A stretch of DNA of 64,000 bases, taken from the NCBI GenBank assembly GCA_964632315.1, contig CAZWEM010000003.1, positions 97,550-161,549 of the forward strand. The letters are read 5' to 3'. The stretch is from an uncultured archaeon (lineage in GTDB: Archaea; Asgardarchaeota; Lokiarchaeia; Sigyniarchaeales; SOKP01). The position numbers and the translations under genes were made by a program. Below are positions 18,796 to 28,990 of the stretch, piece by piece. The notes beneath the pieces are model-generated. The model saw only the letters and a list, made by a program, of their open reading frames with translations. It had not been told where the DNA came from and made no database searches. How positions within the stretch are numbered: the first letter of the stretch is position 1; each line of letters begins with the position of its first letter.

Positions 18796-21117
18796 CTATC
18801 TTTTTTCTTTTGAAGGAGCAAAAATCTTGAAAAAATCTCTTTTTAATTTAACTTGAGCTTGAAATTTGATTATCACTTTATTTCCTGTTAATGTGACCCC
18901 ATGCAATTGGGTAAAACCACTTCCAAATCCAGTAAAAGCTATTATGTCCCCATTACTAAGATTCGAATCTAATTTTGATGCATCTTTTATACGGAGATAA
19001 ATCCCTCGATATAAATCCTCTAATTTATTCATATTATGAATACTGGAGAAAACGGAACTTCCACTATAATTTTCTATAATATAATCATATAGTTGATTAA
19101 GTGGTTTTTTATCAATTTTAATTATTTCACCTTTGAGCCCTCGCTTTGCAATTAATAATGCCGCAATTGCGTGGTCCACGAATCCTTTCGCCTTAACTTC
19201 ATTTACCAATTCTCCTTTTTGAAGGTGAAATAATGCTTCCTTTGTAGTTTTAAACTCATCAATTAAAAAAATATCAGGTTTTCTAATTCTAGACCCTTCT
19301 GTAGGGGTTTCTGAATTTAATTCATTGGGATTAATTGCAAAATAATCTAAAAGAAATTCTAATATGAATTGTGAACCAGATCCCGAACCAATATAAATTT
19401 TTGTGATTAACTCCTTTTCATTTTCTAAAAATGTATTTAGTTCATACTCAAGTTGTTTTCGAGCTACATTATGAGACTTTCGATCCTCAATACTTCTTTT
19501 CAAATTAACATACCATAAAGAAGGCAACTGTCCCCTCTCAATCACACAGAAACCAAAATGTCTAGTTCCCGGATCCACTGAAAGAATTTTTTCCTCAAGA
19601 TCAAATTTGAGCAAGCTTAAATGAGCTTGACCTTCAGAGACTTTCATTAGGGAATTAAAGAATTTTTCAAATTCTTCATTCTTAATTTGGAGGAAAATTT
19701 TGTTGTTTGAAGACTTAAATAAGACTTCAACCTTATACTTCTCAATTAAAGGATTGAGGTCATAAAAATTTTCTACTTGAACGATAACATCTTGATAAGG
19801 TATTAATTTAATTATTTTGACTTTTTCAATCGCTTTTGTAATTGCTTGAGCAATATGTTCTTCCTTTTTACCCGAATAAATTTCAACGTGTAGACCATCT
19901 AAATGAAAGGCATCATAAGCAACCGCTGCGCCAAGAATATCGCATTGTCTTGTAGCTCGAAGCCCATTTCGTTGAATTGTGAGTTTATCTCTTATTCTAG
20001 GAATTATTTTTACTGATGCAGTTTCATATTTTGCCTTACTACTTCTATTAATCGTTATAATTCCCTTAATCTTAGAACCGATAACTTCAAAATCAATCAA
20101 GTTTTCAAGCATTTCTTGAAAATATTCAAATTGTAAGTCTCCTTGCGTTAGAATTGTGATTTTTCTTCCCTCATAATAATAATCCAAATTAGGAAAGATT
20201 TTCTTAATTTTTTCTAAAACTTCTAGAGCAACATGGAATTTTGAAGGATCTTGAATTGCTATATAATGCTCTTTTCTCGGTTTGATTTCGGATAAAATTC
20301 CTACAAGTTTAGGAGAAATAAATTTTCCATTTTTATACTTTGAGCCAAGTTCAAAATTAGGAACTACATTAAATAATAATTGAACAATCTCGCCCTCACA
20401 AGCCCGTTTTTCAGGTTTACCAGATAAGGAGTAGATAAACTTTATTTTAATCTTTTCATTTATCCATTGATTTTCTCTTATCTCACCTGAAATAATTCCA
20501 ATGTTTACAAGTTCTCCTAATCCTTTTTTAGTCTCGAATCCAAGTATGATGAATGATAAAATTTCTTCCATCTCTACTCGAATCTTTGCTTGTAGTGTGA
20601 TCTTTTCAATTAACTTATCAATGCCAATCCTTAATTTTGAGGAAGTCTCTATGATCGAAAGAATTTTTAAACTTTCTATACTATTTAATTCCTTTTTTAT
20701 TTTTTCAACATTGATCCCCGATAAATCCATTTTAGTAATGATAATCATAACTGGAATGTTTTTTTCAATAGCTTTATCAACTAACCAATAGGTTCTTGCT
20801 TGAAATCCTTCTGATCCTGAAACTACTAATCCTAGAATATCTGCAAATTCCAGACCAAGTGCGATACCTCCTTGAAAATCAGAATGGCCTGGGCTATCAA
20901 GAAAATTTATAAAAGTGTTTTTCTGTGATAAAAAGAATTGAATCACTTTTAAAGAAACAGTTGTACCATGATTTAATTCGAAATTTAAATTATCGGGAAA
21001 TTCCCCTACAATTGCTTCAATTAGAGAGCTTTTACCATGTTGAGAATGTCCGCAAATTAAAATGTTGAGAATTTTAGGAGTTTCTTTCATTCTATACCAA
21101 ACTGATTCAGTCTTCAA
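18796..21117 (-). CDS. EF-G/EF-2-like translational GTPase fused to a YqgF/RNase H-fold domain
   Basis: G1 GHSQHGKS, G3 DSPGH, G4 TKMD, domain III-like QGDLQFEYF.E.L; then ILSVDPGTRHFGFCV, IDEFKTTKEA, VDHAIAALLI. Alternative ATG at 21090. Confidence 0.75.
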   Translation of the reverse strand: MKTESVWYRMKETPKILNILICGHSQHGKSSLIEAIVGEFPDNLNFELNHGTTVSLKVIQFFLSQKNTFINFLDSPGHSDFQGGIALGLEFADILGLVVSGSEGFQARTYWLVDKAIEKNIPVMIIITKMDLSGINVEKIKKELNSIESLKILSIIETSSKLRIGIDKLIEKITLQAKIRVEMEEILSFIILGFETKKGLGELVNIGIISGEIRENQWINEKIKIKFIYSLSGKPEKRACEGEIVQLLFNVVPNFELGSKYKNGKFISPKLVGILSEIKPRKEHYIAIQDPSKFHVALEVLEKIKKIFPNLDYYYEGRKITILTQGDLQFEYFQEMLENLIDFEVIGSKIKGIITINRSSKAKYETASVKIIPRIRDKLTIQRNGLRATRQCDILGAAVAYDAFHLDGLHVEIYSGKKEEHIAQAITKAIEKVKIIKLIPYQDVIVQVENFYDLNPLIEKYKVEVLFKSSNNKIFLQIKNEEFEKFFNSLMKVSEGQAHLSLLKFDLEEKILSVDPGTRHFGFCVIERGQLPSLWYVNLKRSIEDRKSHNVARKQLEYELNTFLENEKELITKIYIGSGSGSQFILEFLLDYFAINPNELNSETPTEGSRIRKPDIFLIDEFKTTKEALFHLQKGELVNEVKAKGFVDHAIAALLIAKRGLKGEIIKIDKKPLNQLYDYIIENYSGSSVFSSIHNMNKLEDLYRGIYLRIKDASKLDSNLSNGDIIAFTGFGSGFTQLHGVTLTGNKVIIKFQAQVKLKRDFFKIFAPSKEKR

Positions 21118-21157
21118 ATTATCTATTATTTAGGATAGTTAAATCTCGTTTTAGAAT

Positions 21158-21613
21158 TTACTTTTCTCTACGATAACCTTCAACTGATTCAAAATAATCA
21201 AGTATTGACATTTTAATTTCAATAGAAGGATAAATGAGTCTTTTTTTTTGAATGTATTTAAGAGCTTGGTTCCATGTCCATTTAGGATTCTCTTTCATAA
21301 ACCAAGCTACAAGGATTCCTCCACTTCTAGATATACCCATAGCACAATGGACCAAGACCTTCCCATCTTTTACATTTTTATCTATAAAAACTAATATATC
21401 TTGAATGTATTCATGAGGTGGATACCAATCATCGGGAAATCCTCGATAGAGATAATTGAATCCATAAGGAGTAGGATCATAAAGGTTATCTTCCATTAAA
21501 TTAACAATCGCAGTTATTCCAATTTCTCTAAATTTCTCAAAATTTAATCTCGGCCAATATGCTCCTAAATATATTTGATCGTCAATCTCGTAAATTTGAT
21601 CCAGTTCATTCAT
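21158..21613 (-). CDS. dual-specificity protein phosphatase
   Basis: VLVHCAMGISRS (HCx5R) active site. Confidence 0.9.
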   Translation of the reverse strand: MNELDQIYEIDDQIYLGAYWPRLNFEKFREIGITAIVNLMEDNLYDPTPYGFNYLYRGFPDDWYPPHEYIQDILVFIDKNVKDGKVLVHCAMGISRSGGILVAWFMKENPKWTWNQALKYIQKKRLIYPSIEIKMSILDYFESVEGYRREK

Positions 21614-21625
21614 AATTCTGTATGC

Positions 21626-22003
21626 TCATACTCTCCCTAAATCTCTACTTGCAATGACATTAGCATCAGTATTAAGAACATTTTTTATAAGAATTTGTCC
21701 CATTTTTACTGGAGCCTTTATCTTCTTTTCAGCTATTACTTTCATTGCTTCATTTAATTTATCTCTAAGAATAGGTTTATCAGTTCTAATTGGTACAAGC
21801 GGAAGAAATCCATTTTCTACTCTCATTGTGGTCGTGAGTATTCTTTTTGGTTCATAAAATTCTTGTTGGGCATATTCTAAACCTCTTTTGCACGTATATC
21901 CTTCAAACGTGATTTGTTGATCTTTATCTTGCAAAACTTTGATTTCACATCCAGTTGGACATACAATGCATCGAATTATCCTAACGGTACTTAATTCTGA
22001 AAT
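21626..22003 (-). CDS. DUF1667 family (CxxCPxGC) small subunit of the G3P dehydrogenase cluster; non-canonical ATT start
   Basis: Frame is open upstream of the TTG at 21934 through RCIVCPTGCEI; GAGGTG SD 7 nt before ATT at 22003; GYTCKRG..YA..E...PKR.LTTT. Confidence 0.8.
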   Translation of the reverse strand: MSELSTVRIIRCIVCPTGCEIKVLQDKDQQITFEGYTCKRGLEYAQQEFYEPKRILTTTMRVENGFLPLVPIRTDKPILRDKLNEAMKVIAEKKIKAPVKMGQILIKNVLNTDANVIASRDLGRV

Positions 22004-22019
22004 TATAGTTCACCTCTTA

Positions 22020-23315
22020 TCAATCCTCTTCTATTAAAACCTCCGGACGAGGTATTATTTCTATTTCGATTGTCTTTAAAGAATCTAAAGGTAAATCTTT
22101 GGGTTCTAGTTCTATTTCAACCATTTCACTTGGAATTACATATACTTTCTTCTTCTTATAAATTACGTTATTATTTTGATCCTTAAGTTGGACTAGTATT
22201 CTTCTATCGGGATATCTTGCTCGTAATGTAAAGATAATTTTTTCAGATAAATTTTGCATATTTATTCGATCTGGCTTGATATAATTAACATTCTCTCCAG
22301 GTGCACATTTTACATATTCAGGTTCTTTTAATTCTCTACCATGCCTATTTTGGATATAATCTATAGCGTTTTTACCGGCTCTTTTCGCTTCAGCAGTGAC
22401 CATATCAACCAAATCATGAACTTGGAGAACATTTCCACAAGCAAAAATCCCTTCTATAGTTGTTTCAAGATTATTATCCACTAAAGGTCCACCATTATTA
22501 GAGAGTTCTGCTCCTGCTTGATACGTGAGTTCATTCTCTGGAATTAAACCCACGGATAAGAGTAAAGTATCACACTCAATAAATTTCTCAGAGCCTATAA
22601 TTCTATCAAAATTTCTGTCTACTTTTGAAATGGTGACGCCAACAATGCGATCTCGTCCATGAATTTTAGTGACAGTATAATTTGTAATCAGGGGAATGTC
22701 ATAATCTTCAAGGCATTGAACCTGGTTTCTTAATAATCCACTTACATATGGTAAGATCTCTACTACTGCTTTAACTTTACAACCTTCCCAAGTTAACCGA
22801 CGTGCCATTATCATCCCAATATCACCACTGCCTAAGATCACGTAAGTGTTTCCGGGCATATATCCCTCAATATTAACAAAACGTTGTGCTTGCCCTGCAG
22901 TAAATATGCCTGCTGGTCGAAATCCAGGAATGTTTATAGCACCCCTAGTTCTTTCTCTGCATCCCATTGCAAGAATTATTGCTTTAGAATTTATCTCTAT
23001 TAAGCCTTGTTCTTTATTTACGGCATATATTCGTTTACTTTTTGTGATTTCAATAACCATAGTGTTTAAAAGAAAGGGAATTTTTAGTTCATGAACTTGA
23101 TTAATGAATCTTTGAACGTATTCAGGTCCGGTGAGTTCTTCTTCAAATTCTTTTAAACCAAAACCATTATGAATACATTGAAGTGTTATTCCACCCAATT
23201 CCTTATCTCTTTCCAATATCAAAACATCAAGATTTGCCTTTTTTACTTCTACTGCAGCAGCCAGTCCCGCTGACCCCGCACCAATGATAATAACATCCAC
23301 GCTAAATGACTTCAT
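22020..23315 (-). CDS. FAD/NAD(P)-dependent oxidoreductase (partner of GlpA-like subunit)
   Basis: GAGSAG, QCIHNGFG, MGCRER, GSGDIG, ACGNVL.VHDLVD. Confidence 0.9.
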   Translation of the reverse strand: MKSFSVDVIIIGAGSAGLAAAVEVKKANLDVLILERDKELGGITLQCIHNGFGLKEFEEELTGPEYVQRFINQVHELKIPFLLNTMVIEITKSKRIYAVNKEQGLIEINSKAIILAMGCRERTRGAINIPGFRPAGIFTAGQAQRFVNIEGYMPGNTYVILGSGDIGMIMARRLTWEGCKVKAVVEILPYVSGLLRNQVQCLEDYDIPLITNYTVTKIHGRDRIVGVTISKVDRNFDRIIGSEKFIECDTLLLSVGLIPENELTYQAGAELSNNGGPLVDNNLETTIEGIFACGNVLQVHDLVDMVTAEAKRAGKNAIDYIQNRHGRELKEPEYVKCAPGENVNYIKPDRINMQNLSEKIIFTLRARYPDRRILVQLKDQNNNVIYKKKKVYVIPSEMVEIELEPKDLPLDSLKTIEIEIIPRPEVLIEED

Positions 23316-24778
23316 TCTTCTTCTACCTCCTCTTGATTTAGAAGAATTTCCTTCGTCTTTCCTGATAAAATACGGGTATATTCTCCTTTTTTAGTAATTT
23401 TTTCATAAGGAATATTCAACTCTCTTGATAAAATCTCCATAACTCTAGGGCGACAAAAACCTCCTTGGCAGCGTCCCATCCCTGGACGGCACCTGAATTT
23501 AACTCCATCAACATTCGTTGCGCCTACAGGAGAATGAATAGCATTTAAAATTTCTTTTTCAGGAATAGTTTCACATCTGCAGATTATATTTCCCCAAGTG
23601 GGATCTTCTTGTATTTTTTTATCTAGTTCTTCTTTTGAAAAATCCTTGAAACGTTCAGGCTTAGGTCTTATTGGGTTATAATCATCTTTAATTTTCAACT
23701 CCAAGCCTAAGAGTTCAAGAAATCCAACGACTTTTTCAGCGATAGCAAAACAAGATGTTAAACCTGGAGATAATATTCCCGCTACATTGATAAATCCATA
23801 TACATCCGTATTATCTATTATAAAATCGTAGCTATCTGGAACAGCCCTCAAACCAGCAAAATTCCTTATAGAAGCCCTTACAGGTAAATTTGGTACGAGT
23901 TTTCTTGCGCCTTCTATAATCTCTTTTAAACCCGCTTCTGTTGTGGAGGTGTCTTTTTTATCAGTTATATTTTGAGCATTAGGACCTACAAAGGTGTTCC
24001 CGTGAAGAGTTGGACAAACTAATATACCCTTGGATATTTTTGTGGGAATAGGGAATAATATTTTATTCAAATGCATTGAATTACGATCAAACAAGATATA
24101 TTCTCCTTTCCGAGGCATAATATCAAAATAATCCATTCCTACCATTTTTGATATTTTAGCAGCATAGAGTCCAGCAGCGTTAATTACATTATTTGCACGA
24201 AATTCCTTATCTTTTGTTTTTATTATAAACACGTAATTTTGATGCTTTATTCTTTTAACTTTTTGACTTCGATAAAATTTAACACCATTCATTGCCGCAT
24301 TTTCCGCAAGAGCAAAAGTCATCTCATAAGGACTGACAAGTCCTGCTGAAGGAGCATGAAGTACTCCAACTACTTCATCAGTTATGTTAGGCTCCATGTA
24401 TTTAATTTTTTCTTTATCTAAAATAAGATCTAGTCCAAGAACACCATCTTGTGTTCCCTCTTTACGTTGTCTTTCTAAATCCTTAATTTGATCATCTTCT
24501 AAAGCAACTACAAAGGATCCTATTCTCTGAAAAGGGAAATTTAATTCTTCTACAGCTTGTGTATACATTTTGTTTCCTTTTATGCACAAATCACGTTTAA
24601 TATATTCCCTTTCTGCTGCGTATCCTGCGTGCACAACTCCAGAATTAGCTTTTGTAGTGCCAGAAGCTACATCTGCCTCTTTTTCTAAGAGAGCTATATT
24701 AAGATCATATTTAGAGAGTGTGCGTGCAATGGTGCAACCGGTTACTCCGCCTCCAATTATGATGACATCATAAATCAT
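23312..24778 (-). CDS. glpA: FAD-dependent glycerol-3-phosphate dehydrogenase-like (GlpA/LhgO) protein with C-terminal BFD-like [2Fe-2S] domain
   Basis: GGGVTG, TTKANSGVVHAG, SPGLT, ICRCE...RPGMGRCQGGFC. Confidence 0.8.
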   Translation of the reverse strand: MIYDVIIIGGGVTGCTIARTLSKYDLNIALLEKEADVASGTTKANSGVVHAGYAAEREYIKRDLCIKGNKMYTQAVEELNFPFQRIGSFVVALEDDQIKDLERQRKEGTQDGVLGLDLILDKEKIKYMEPNITDEVVGVLHAPSAGLVSPYEMTFALAENAAMNGVKFYRSQKVKRIKHQNYVFIIKTKDKEFRANNVINAAGLYAAKISKMVGMDYFDIMPRKGEYILFDRNSMHLNKILFPIPTKISKGILVCPTLHGNTFVGPNAQNITDKKDTSTTEAGLKEIIEGARKLVPNLPVRASIRNFAGLRAVPDSYDFIIDNTDVYGFINVAGILSPGLTSCFAIAEKVVGFLELLGLELKIKDDYNPIRPKPERFKDFSKEELDKKIQEDPTWGNIICRCETIPEKEILNAIHSPVGATNVDGVKFRCRPGMGRCQGGFCRPRVMEILSRELNIPYEKITKKGEYTRILSGKTKEILLNQEEVEEE

Positions 24779-24895
24779 GTATGCTTACACCTTATTAGTT
24801 AAGAAATTAATCGTGTAGCTTAAGAAGAATAACACAATACTTCTTTAAAACTTATAGGATTAAAAATAAACAACGTAGTTATTTTTAAATCAAAT

Positions 24896-25246
24896 TTAAA
24901 ATAATAAGGTAAATAACCAAAAAAGATTGAATACCAAGGCTATAATGATAAGTACGATCGTTAACGGATTGAATAAGATGCTTTTTAGGGATTTAGTATA
25001 TTTTAATTCGGATGATCCTTTAAATATATTTTCTATAGATTTAAATCCTTGATTAATGGGATTTTTTAGATGATAAGAGCCGATAAATTGGGGCATGGAT
25101 AATTTTTTTAACATTACATTTGGGTCACTTGCATTCAATCTGCCGAGATTACCACTATTAATAATATCTTCATAATCTGATAAAAGTTGAGCTTCTTTTT
25201 CAGATCCATTGATTTCATTTCTTGAATCTTCTTGCTTCATTTTCAA
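24896..25246 (-). CDS. small tail-anchored hypothetical protein
   Basis: Hydrophilic N-terminus and one C-terminal TM. Confidence 0.6.
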   Translation of the reverse strand: MKMKQEDSRNEINGSEKEAQLLSDYEDIINSGNLGRLNASDPNVMLKKLSMPQFIGSYHLKNPINQGFKSIENIFKGSSELKYTKSLKSILFNPLTIVLIIIALVFNLFWLFTLLF

Positions 25247-25380
25247 CCAATTCTATATATTTACAATAAAAAAAATACAACTAATCTTAAATTTTTTGTG
25301 ACTATGAAACATAAAATAGAATTAATGCGATTCATATTTTTAAAAAATACATCTCGATCATTAAGACCATATCTATTGGA

Positions 25381-26319
25381 TTAGGGATCTTTCACGGCTC
25401 GAAAACTCAAGTATGGATAATCATCATGGTTATTCCTACTGTACACGCTTCCACTGTAAGTAATATAATACGATTCACCTTCTGAAATTTCCGTGCTTGT
25501 CCAATAATAAATCACCTTTGAATGGACTCTCCAAAGGGGTGTTTCTTTGTCTGGTATTTTATTATAAGTTGCAGTTTTAGTATCATTATGCCATACCCCT
25601 CCAACTTGAACACCGTGTAAGCATTGGGATCGAACTATCTCATCAACGCCAGGGACTCGCCAGATATTTTGAGGTATATCCATCAGCATTGTTCCATTTT
25701 CTGCTAAATATAGGGTTCTGTTCTGAGCTTCATACCAAGAAATTCCACCGTCAGGCCATCCAGGCCCACTAGGCGCCCAAACTAAGGTTATACCATTTCC
25801 CTCTACAATTCTTGTTCCATAATCTCCATCATCGATTCTTTGGGATACCCGCCATGCACCTGGTATCCCTGCTATTATACTTACTAAAAGTGGTATAATA
25901 ATGATAGCAATCCTTGCTCGCTTTAGGGATCTAGGTGGCAATTTGCCGAAAAAGAAGAGTAAACCAAGTCCTAAGAATGGAATTACAATCATGAGACCGA
26001 CTACTGCAAAATTTCCGAATGAAAAGAATATTGCTAAAAATATTGCGACTAATGAAAATGTTGCAAGGCCAATCCTTCTCCAATGAAGAGCAACTAACCC
26101 TAAGACAACAAACCCAATAGAAAGACTCATATATTGAATGAACATCATTAAAAGATTTTCCCATATAGAAGTAGAATACCATCCCTCATGAAAATTTTCA
26201 ACAATCCCCCAGAATGCCCAAATAGATGACATAAAAATTGATATCCCTACAGCGAACCAACCAAAAAATTTATTTCTTTTCGTATGGTCTTTAATCTTTT
26301 TAGGTTTTCTAACATCCAT
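25381..26319 (-). CDS. membrane protein with C-terminal DUF1566 (Lcl-C)-like domain
   Basis: About 5 TM, then LVWA...ISWYEA...WRVP..DE...YYWTSTE...FRAVK. Confidence 0.7.
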   Translation of the reverse strand: MDVRKPKKIKDHTKRNKFFGWFAVGISIFMSSIWAFWGIVENFHEGWYSTSIWENLLMMFIQYMSLSIGFVVLGLVALHWRRIGLATFSLVAIFLAIFFSFGNFAVVGLMIVIPFLGLGLLFFFGKLPPRSLKRARIAIIIIPLLVSIIAGIPGAWRVSQRIDDGDYGTRIVEGNGITLVWAPSGPGWPDGGISWYEAQNRTLYLAENGTMLMDIPQNIWRVPGVDEIVRSQCLHGVQVGGVWHNDTKTATYNKIPDKETPLWRVHSKVIYYWTSTEISEGESYYITYSGSVYSRNNHDDYPYLSFRAVKDP

Positions 26320-26610
26320 ATAGCACCCTCTCTATTTCTTATAATAACGCATTTACTTATATAATTTATATAATAAGAATGTGTTTATATAACACGAACC
26401 AAAAGCATATGTCACTAAAAGGCGTTTTTTAATATATGTCATAATTTCAAAAGAAAAATAAATTATCATTTTGAAATAGAATTTGGATCGGTTCATAATA
26501 TATTTCTTTAATTTCCTTTTGATTTTTAGACTTAAGATTTATGGGGTAATATGCATATATTTAAAGTTTTTTAGAGTAAAAAAATGTAATTTCAAAATCG
26601 GAAATTATAT

Positions 26611-27039
26611 TTACCAGAAGGCTTCTTTTAAGTTATCTTCAGGAGCTTTCTCCAAAGATTTCTTTATATGTGTTCCAAAATCTGCAAAAAGAGAGATATC
26701 ACTATTCCAATCTAATATAGTATCTTGTGGATACACTTCGAAAAATTTGTCTGAGATGACTTTTAATTCTTCGAGAGTCTTTTTTTCCTTTGTCTTATTC
26801 GCAGTACTTCCAATAAACAAGAATTCTCTTCTCCGTACTACCACAAATCTCAGGTTGCTTAATTCAAAATTAGAAATGCCTCCATCAGATAACTTTTCTG
26901 CAAAGGAGTTCAATGCGGACATTAAAGCACCGAAAAGTTGAGGATTTATTTTTTCATCAATAACTCTTGAATATAATACTACCCCAGTAGATGTTAAGAT
27001 CCACAGATCCTTCAGTATTTTTCCCAAAAGTATCTCCAA
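26611..27039 (-). CDS. stand-alone longin/roadblock-like domain protein (eukaryotic signature)
   Basis: LWIL...G..LYSR...QLFGALMSALNSFA...ISNFEL...F....FLFIG pattern. Confidence 0.7.
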   Translation of the reverse strand: MEILLGKILKDLWILTSTGVVLYSRVIDEKINPQLFGALMSALNSFAEKLSDGGISNFELSNLRFVVVRRREFLFIGSTANKTKEKKTLEELKVISDKFFEVYPQDTILDWNSDISLFADFGTHIKKSLEKAPEDNLKEAFW

Positions 27040-27108
27040 CTAATTCGAAAGTTTTTACAAAAATATTATAAATTACTTAAAAATAAATCTTGTTTTTCCG
27101 TAGATAGT

Positions 27109-27136
27109 GATTGATTTTAAGGTATAAAAATCAATC
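27109..27136. promoter_or_regulatory. perfect 10-bp inverted repeat (GATTGATTTT-N8-AAAATCAATC) in a divergent promoter
   Basis: Seen directly; function inferred. Confidence 0.4.
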
Positions 27137-27235
27137 TAAAATTCAATCAATAGTGAGTTATAGGAATAAACAAACAAAAATTTATAATTTAAACTGCTAA
27201 TTTAATTACGAACTTAAATTGTAGATAATTCTAAA

Positions 27236-28990
27236 ATGAGTGGGAATATAACACCTTCTTTAATTGAGCAATTTGAAGCTATAGTCGGGAAATCATATTG
27301 TTTTTCTGACTATGAAATTAGATGGACTTATGCGTTTGGGGGTTCTTTATTAGAAAGAGCCTGGATTCCCGATCTGATATTAATCCCTCAAAACTCCTCG
27401 CAGATTTCTGAAATTTTGAAACTAGCCAAAAAAAATAGTATACCAATAATTCCACGAGGTAGTGGTACTAGTTTATCTGCTGGGCATCTTTCTGCTCTAG
27501 GAGGTATTATTTTGGATTTGAATCAATTCAATAACATTATTAATATTGATATTGAAAATAATCTCGTCGAAGTTGAACCTGGAGTGATTTGTGATGAATT
27601 GAATAGAAAGCTCGCACCCCACGGTTATTTTTTCCCTCCCGATCCAGGGTCGAGTTCTGTTTGCACGATTGGAGGGATGTGCGCTACTAACGCGGGAGGG
27701 ATTCAAGCATTTAAATATGGAGTGACAAAGGATTATGTTCTTTATTTAGAAGTAGCATTAGCTAATGGTGATATTCTAAGATTTGGCACCGAAGTGCTTA
27801 AATCAACATCATCATATAATCTTAAGGATTTGTTCATTGGATCAGAGGGTACTTTGGGATTAATTACCAAAATTGGATTAAGAATAAAACCATTACCTCC
27901 TTTCAGAAAATTAGGGTTGTATATCTTTAAATCAATTGATAAATTAAATGAAGCAGTTATAGATTTGAGAAAGAAAGGAGTTGTCCCTGTAATGCTGGAA
28001 TTTTTAGATATGACCACTGCTGATGTCGTATTCAACTATTTAAAAGGTGAATTTATGGATTACCCACGTGGATATGTTTTGATCGCAGATATGGACGGTT
28101 TCTCTTTAAGTGAAGTAAATGAAAATTTTAAATATTTACATCAAGTGCTTACAAGCTATGATTTAGAATTTTATCAAATTGCTGAAACTGACAAGCAACG
28201 AGATAAACTTATAAATGCACGAAAATCTGCTTTACCAGCTTTAGCCAGAGCCGCACCCAGTTGTTGTCTAGAAGATTGCACTATAAAAATTTCAGATTTT
28301 TCTAAAATTATAAAAAAAATTGAGAATTTACCAAGAGATCTCGATCTTTCATATTTAAAAGTGGCTACTTTTGGTCATATGGACGGAAATTTACACCCAA
28401 CATTCTTATTTAACGAAAATTCTGAACAAGAAGTCCAAGAGTTTGATACAGCGATTAAGTCTTTATATAATGATATAATATTACCTGTTAAAGGTACCAT
28501 TACGGGAGAGCATGGTATTGGAAAGATTAAAACTCCTTTTTTAATAAAAGAACAGGGGAAAGAAGTGGTTGAGATAATGCATGAGATAAAGAAGTTATTT
28601 GATCCAAAATTAATTTTTAATCCAGGAATGGGCAAAGGAGATAATAAAAAACCCAGATTTCAAGATTCTCCAAGAAGATTAATTAATTTGCCAAATAGTT
28701 TGTTAAAGTTGAATTGCATTAGATGTGGTTTTTGTACAACGGATTGTCCTTCCAAAATTCATTATCTTAATGAAGCTTATAGTCCCCGTGGGAGATTAAG
28801 CATACTTAATGGCTTAGTTTATGGCGAACTTACCTTAGAGAATCAAGAATTATTAAATGAAATCTTTCATTCTTGCACGTTATGTGGATTATGTCTCTCT
28901 CAATGCCCAGCGGGAGTTTCAACTCAAGAAATATTTGAAAAAGCCAGATTTATAATACATGAGGATAAAAAACATGGAAATCAAAGTTGA
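27236..28990 (+). CDS. FAD-linked D-lactate/glycolate dehydrogenase (GlcD-like) fused to a 2x[4Fe-4S] domain
   Basis: PRGSGTSL, PDPGS, GSEGTLG, GH.DGNLH, TGEHGIG, NPG; CIRCGFCTTDCP and CTLCGLCLSQCP. Confidence 0.85.
   Translation: MSGNITPSLIEQFEAIVGKSYCFSDYEIRWTYAFGGSLLERAWIPDLILIPQNSSQISEILKLAKKNSIPIIPRGSGTSLSAGHLSALGGIILDLNQFNNIINIDIENNLVEVEPGVICDELNRKLAPHGYFFPPDPGSSSVCTIGGMCATNAGGIQAFKYGVTKDYVLYLEVALANGDILRFGTEVLKSTSSYNLKDLFIGSEGTLGLITKIGLRIKPLPPFRKLGLYIFKSIDKLNEAVIDLRKKGVVPVMLEFLDMTTADVVFNYLKGEFMDYPRGYVLIADMDGFSLSEVNENFKYLHQVLTSYDLEFYQIAETDKQRDKLINARKSALPALARAAPSCCLEDCTIKISDFSKIIKKIENLPRDLDLSYLKVATFGHMDGNLHPTFLFNENSEQEVQEFDTAIKSLYNDIILPVKGTITGEHGIGKIKTPFLIKEQGKEVVEIMHEIKKLFDPKLIFNPGMGKGDNKKPRFQDSPRRLINLPNSLLKLNCIRCGFCTTDCPSKIHYLNEAYSPRGRLSILNGLVYGELTLENQELLNEIFHSCTLCGLCLSQCPAGVSTQEIFEKARFIIHEDKKHGNQS

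Noticed and set aside
18687-18821. N-terminal extension of the 155-aa ORF
   Set aside because: Overlaps the GTPase 3' end and AT-rich intergenic sequence; ATG at 18686 is more plausible
26483-26941. 152-aa plus-strand ORF
   Set aside because: Antisense shadow of the longin-like gene
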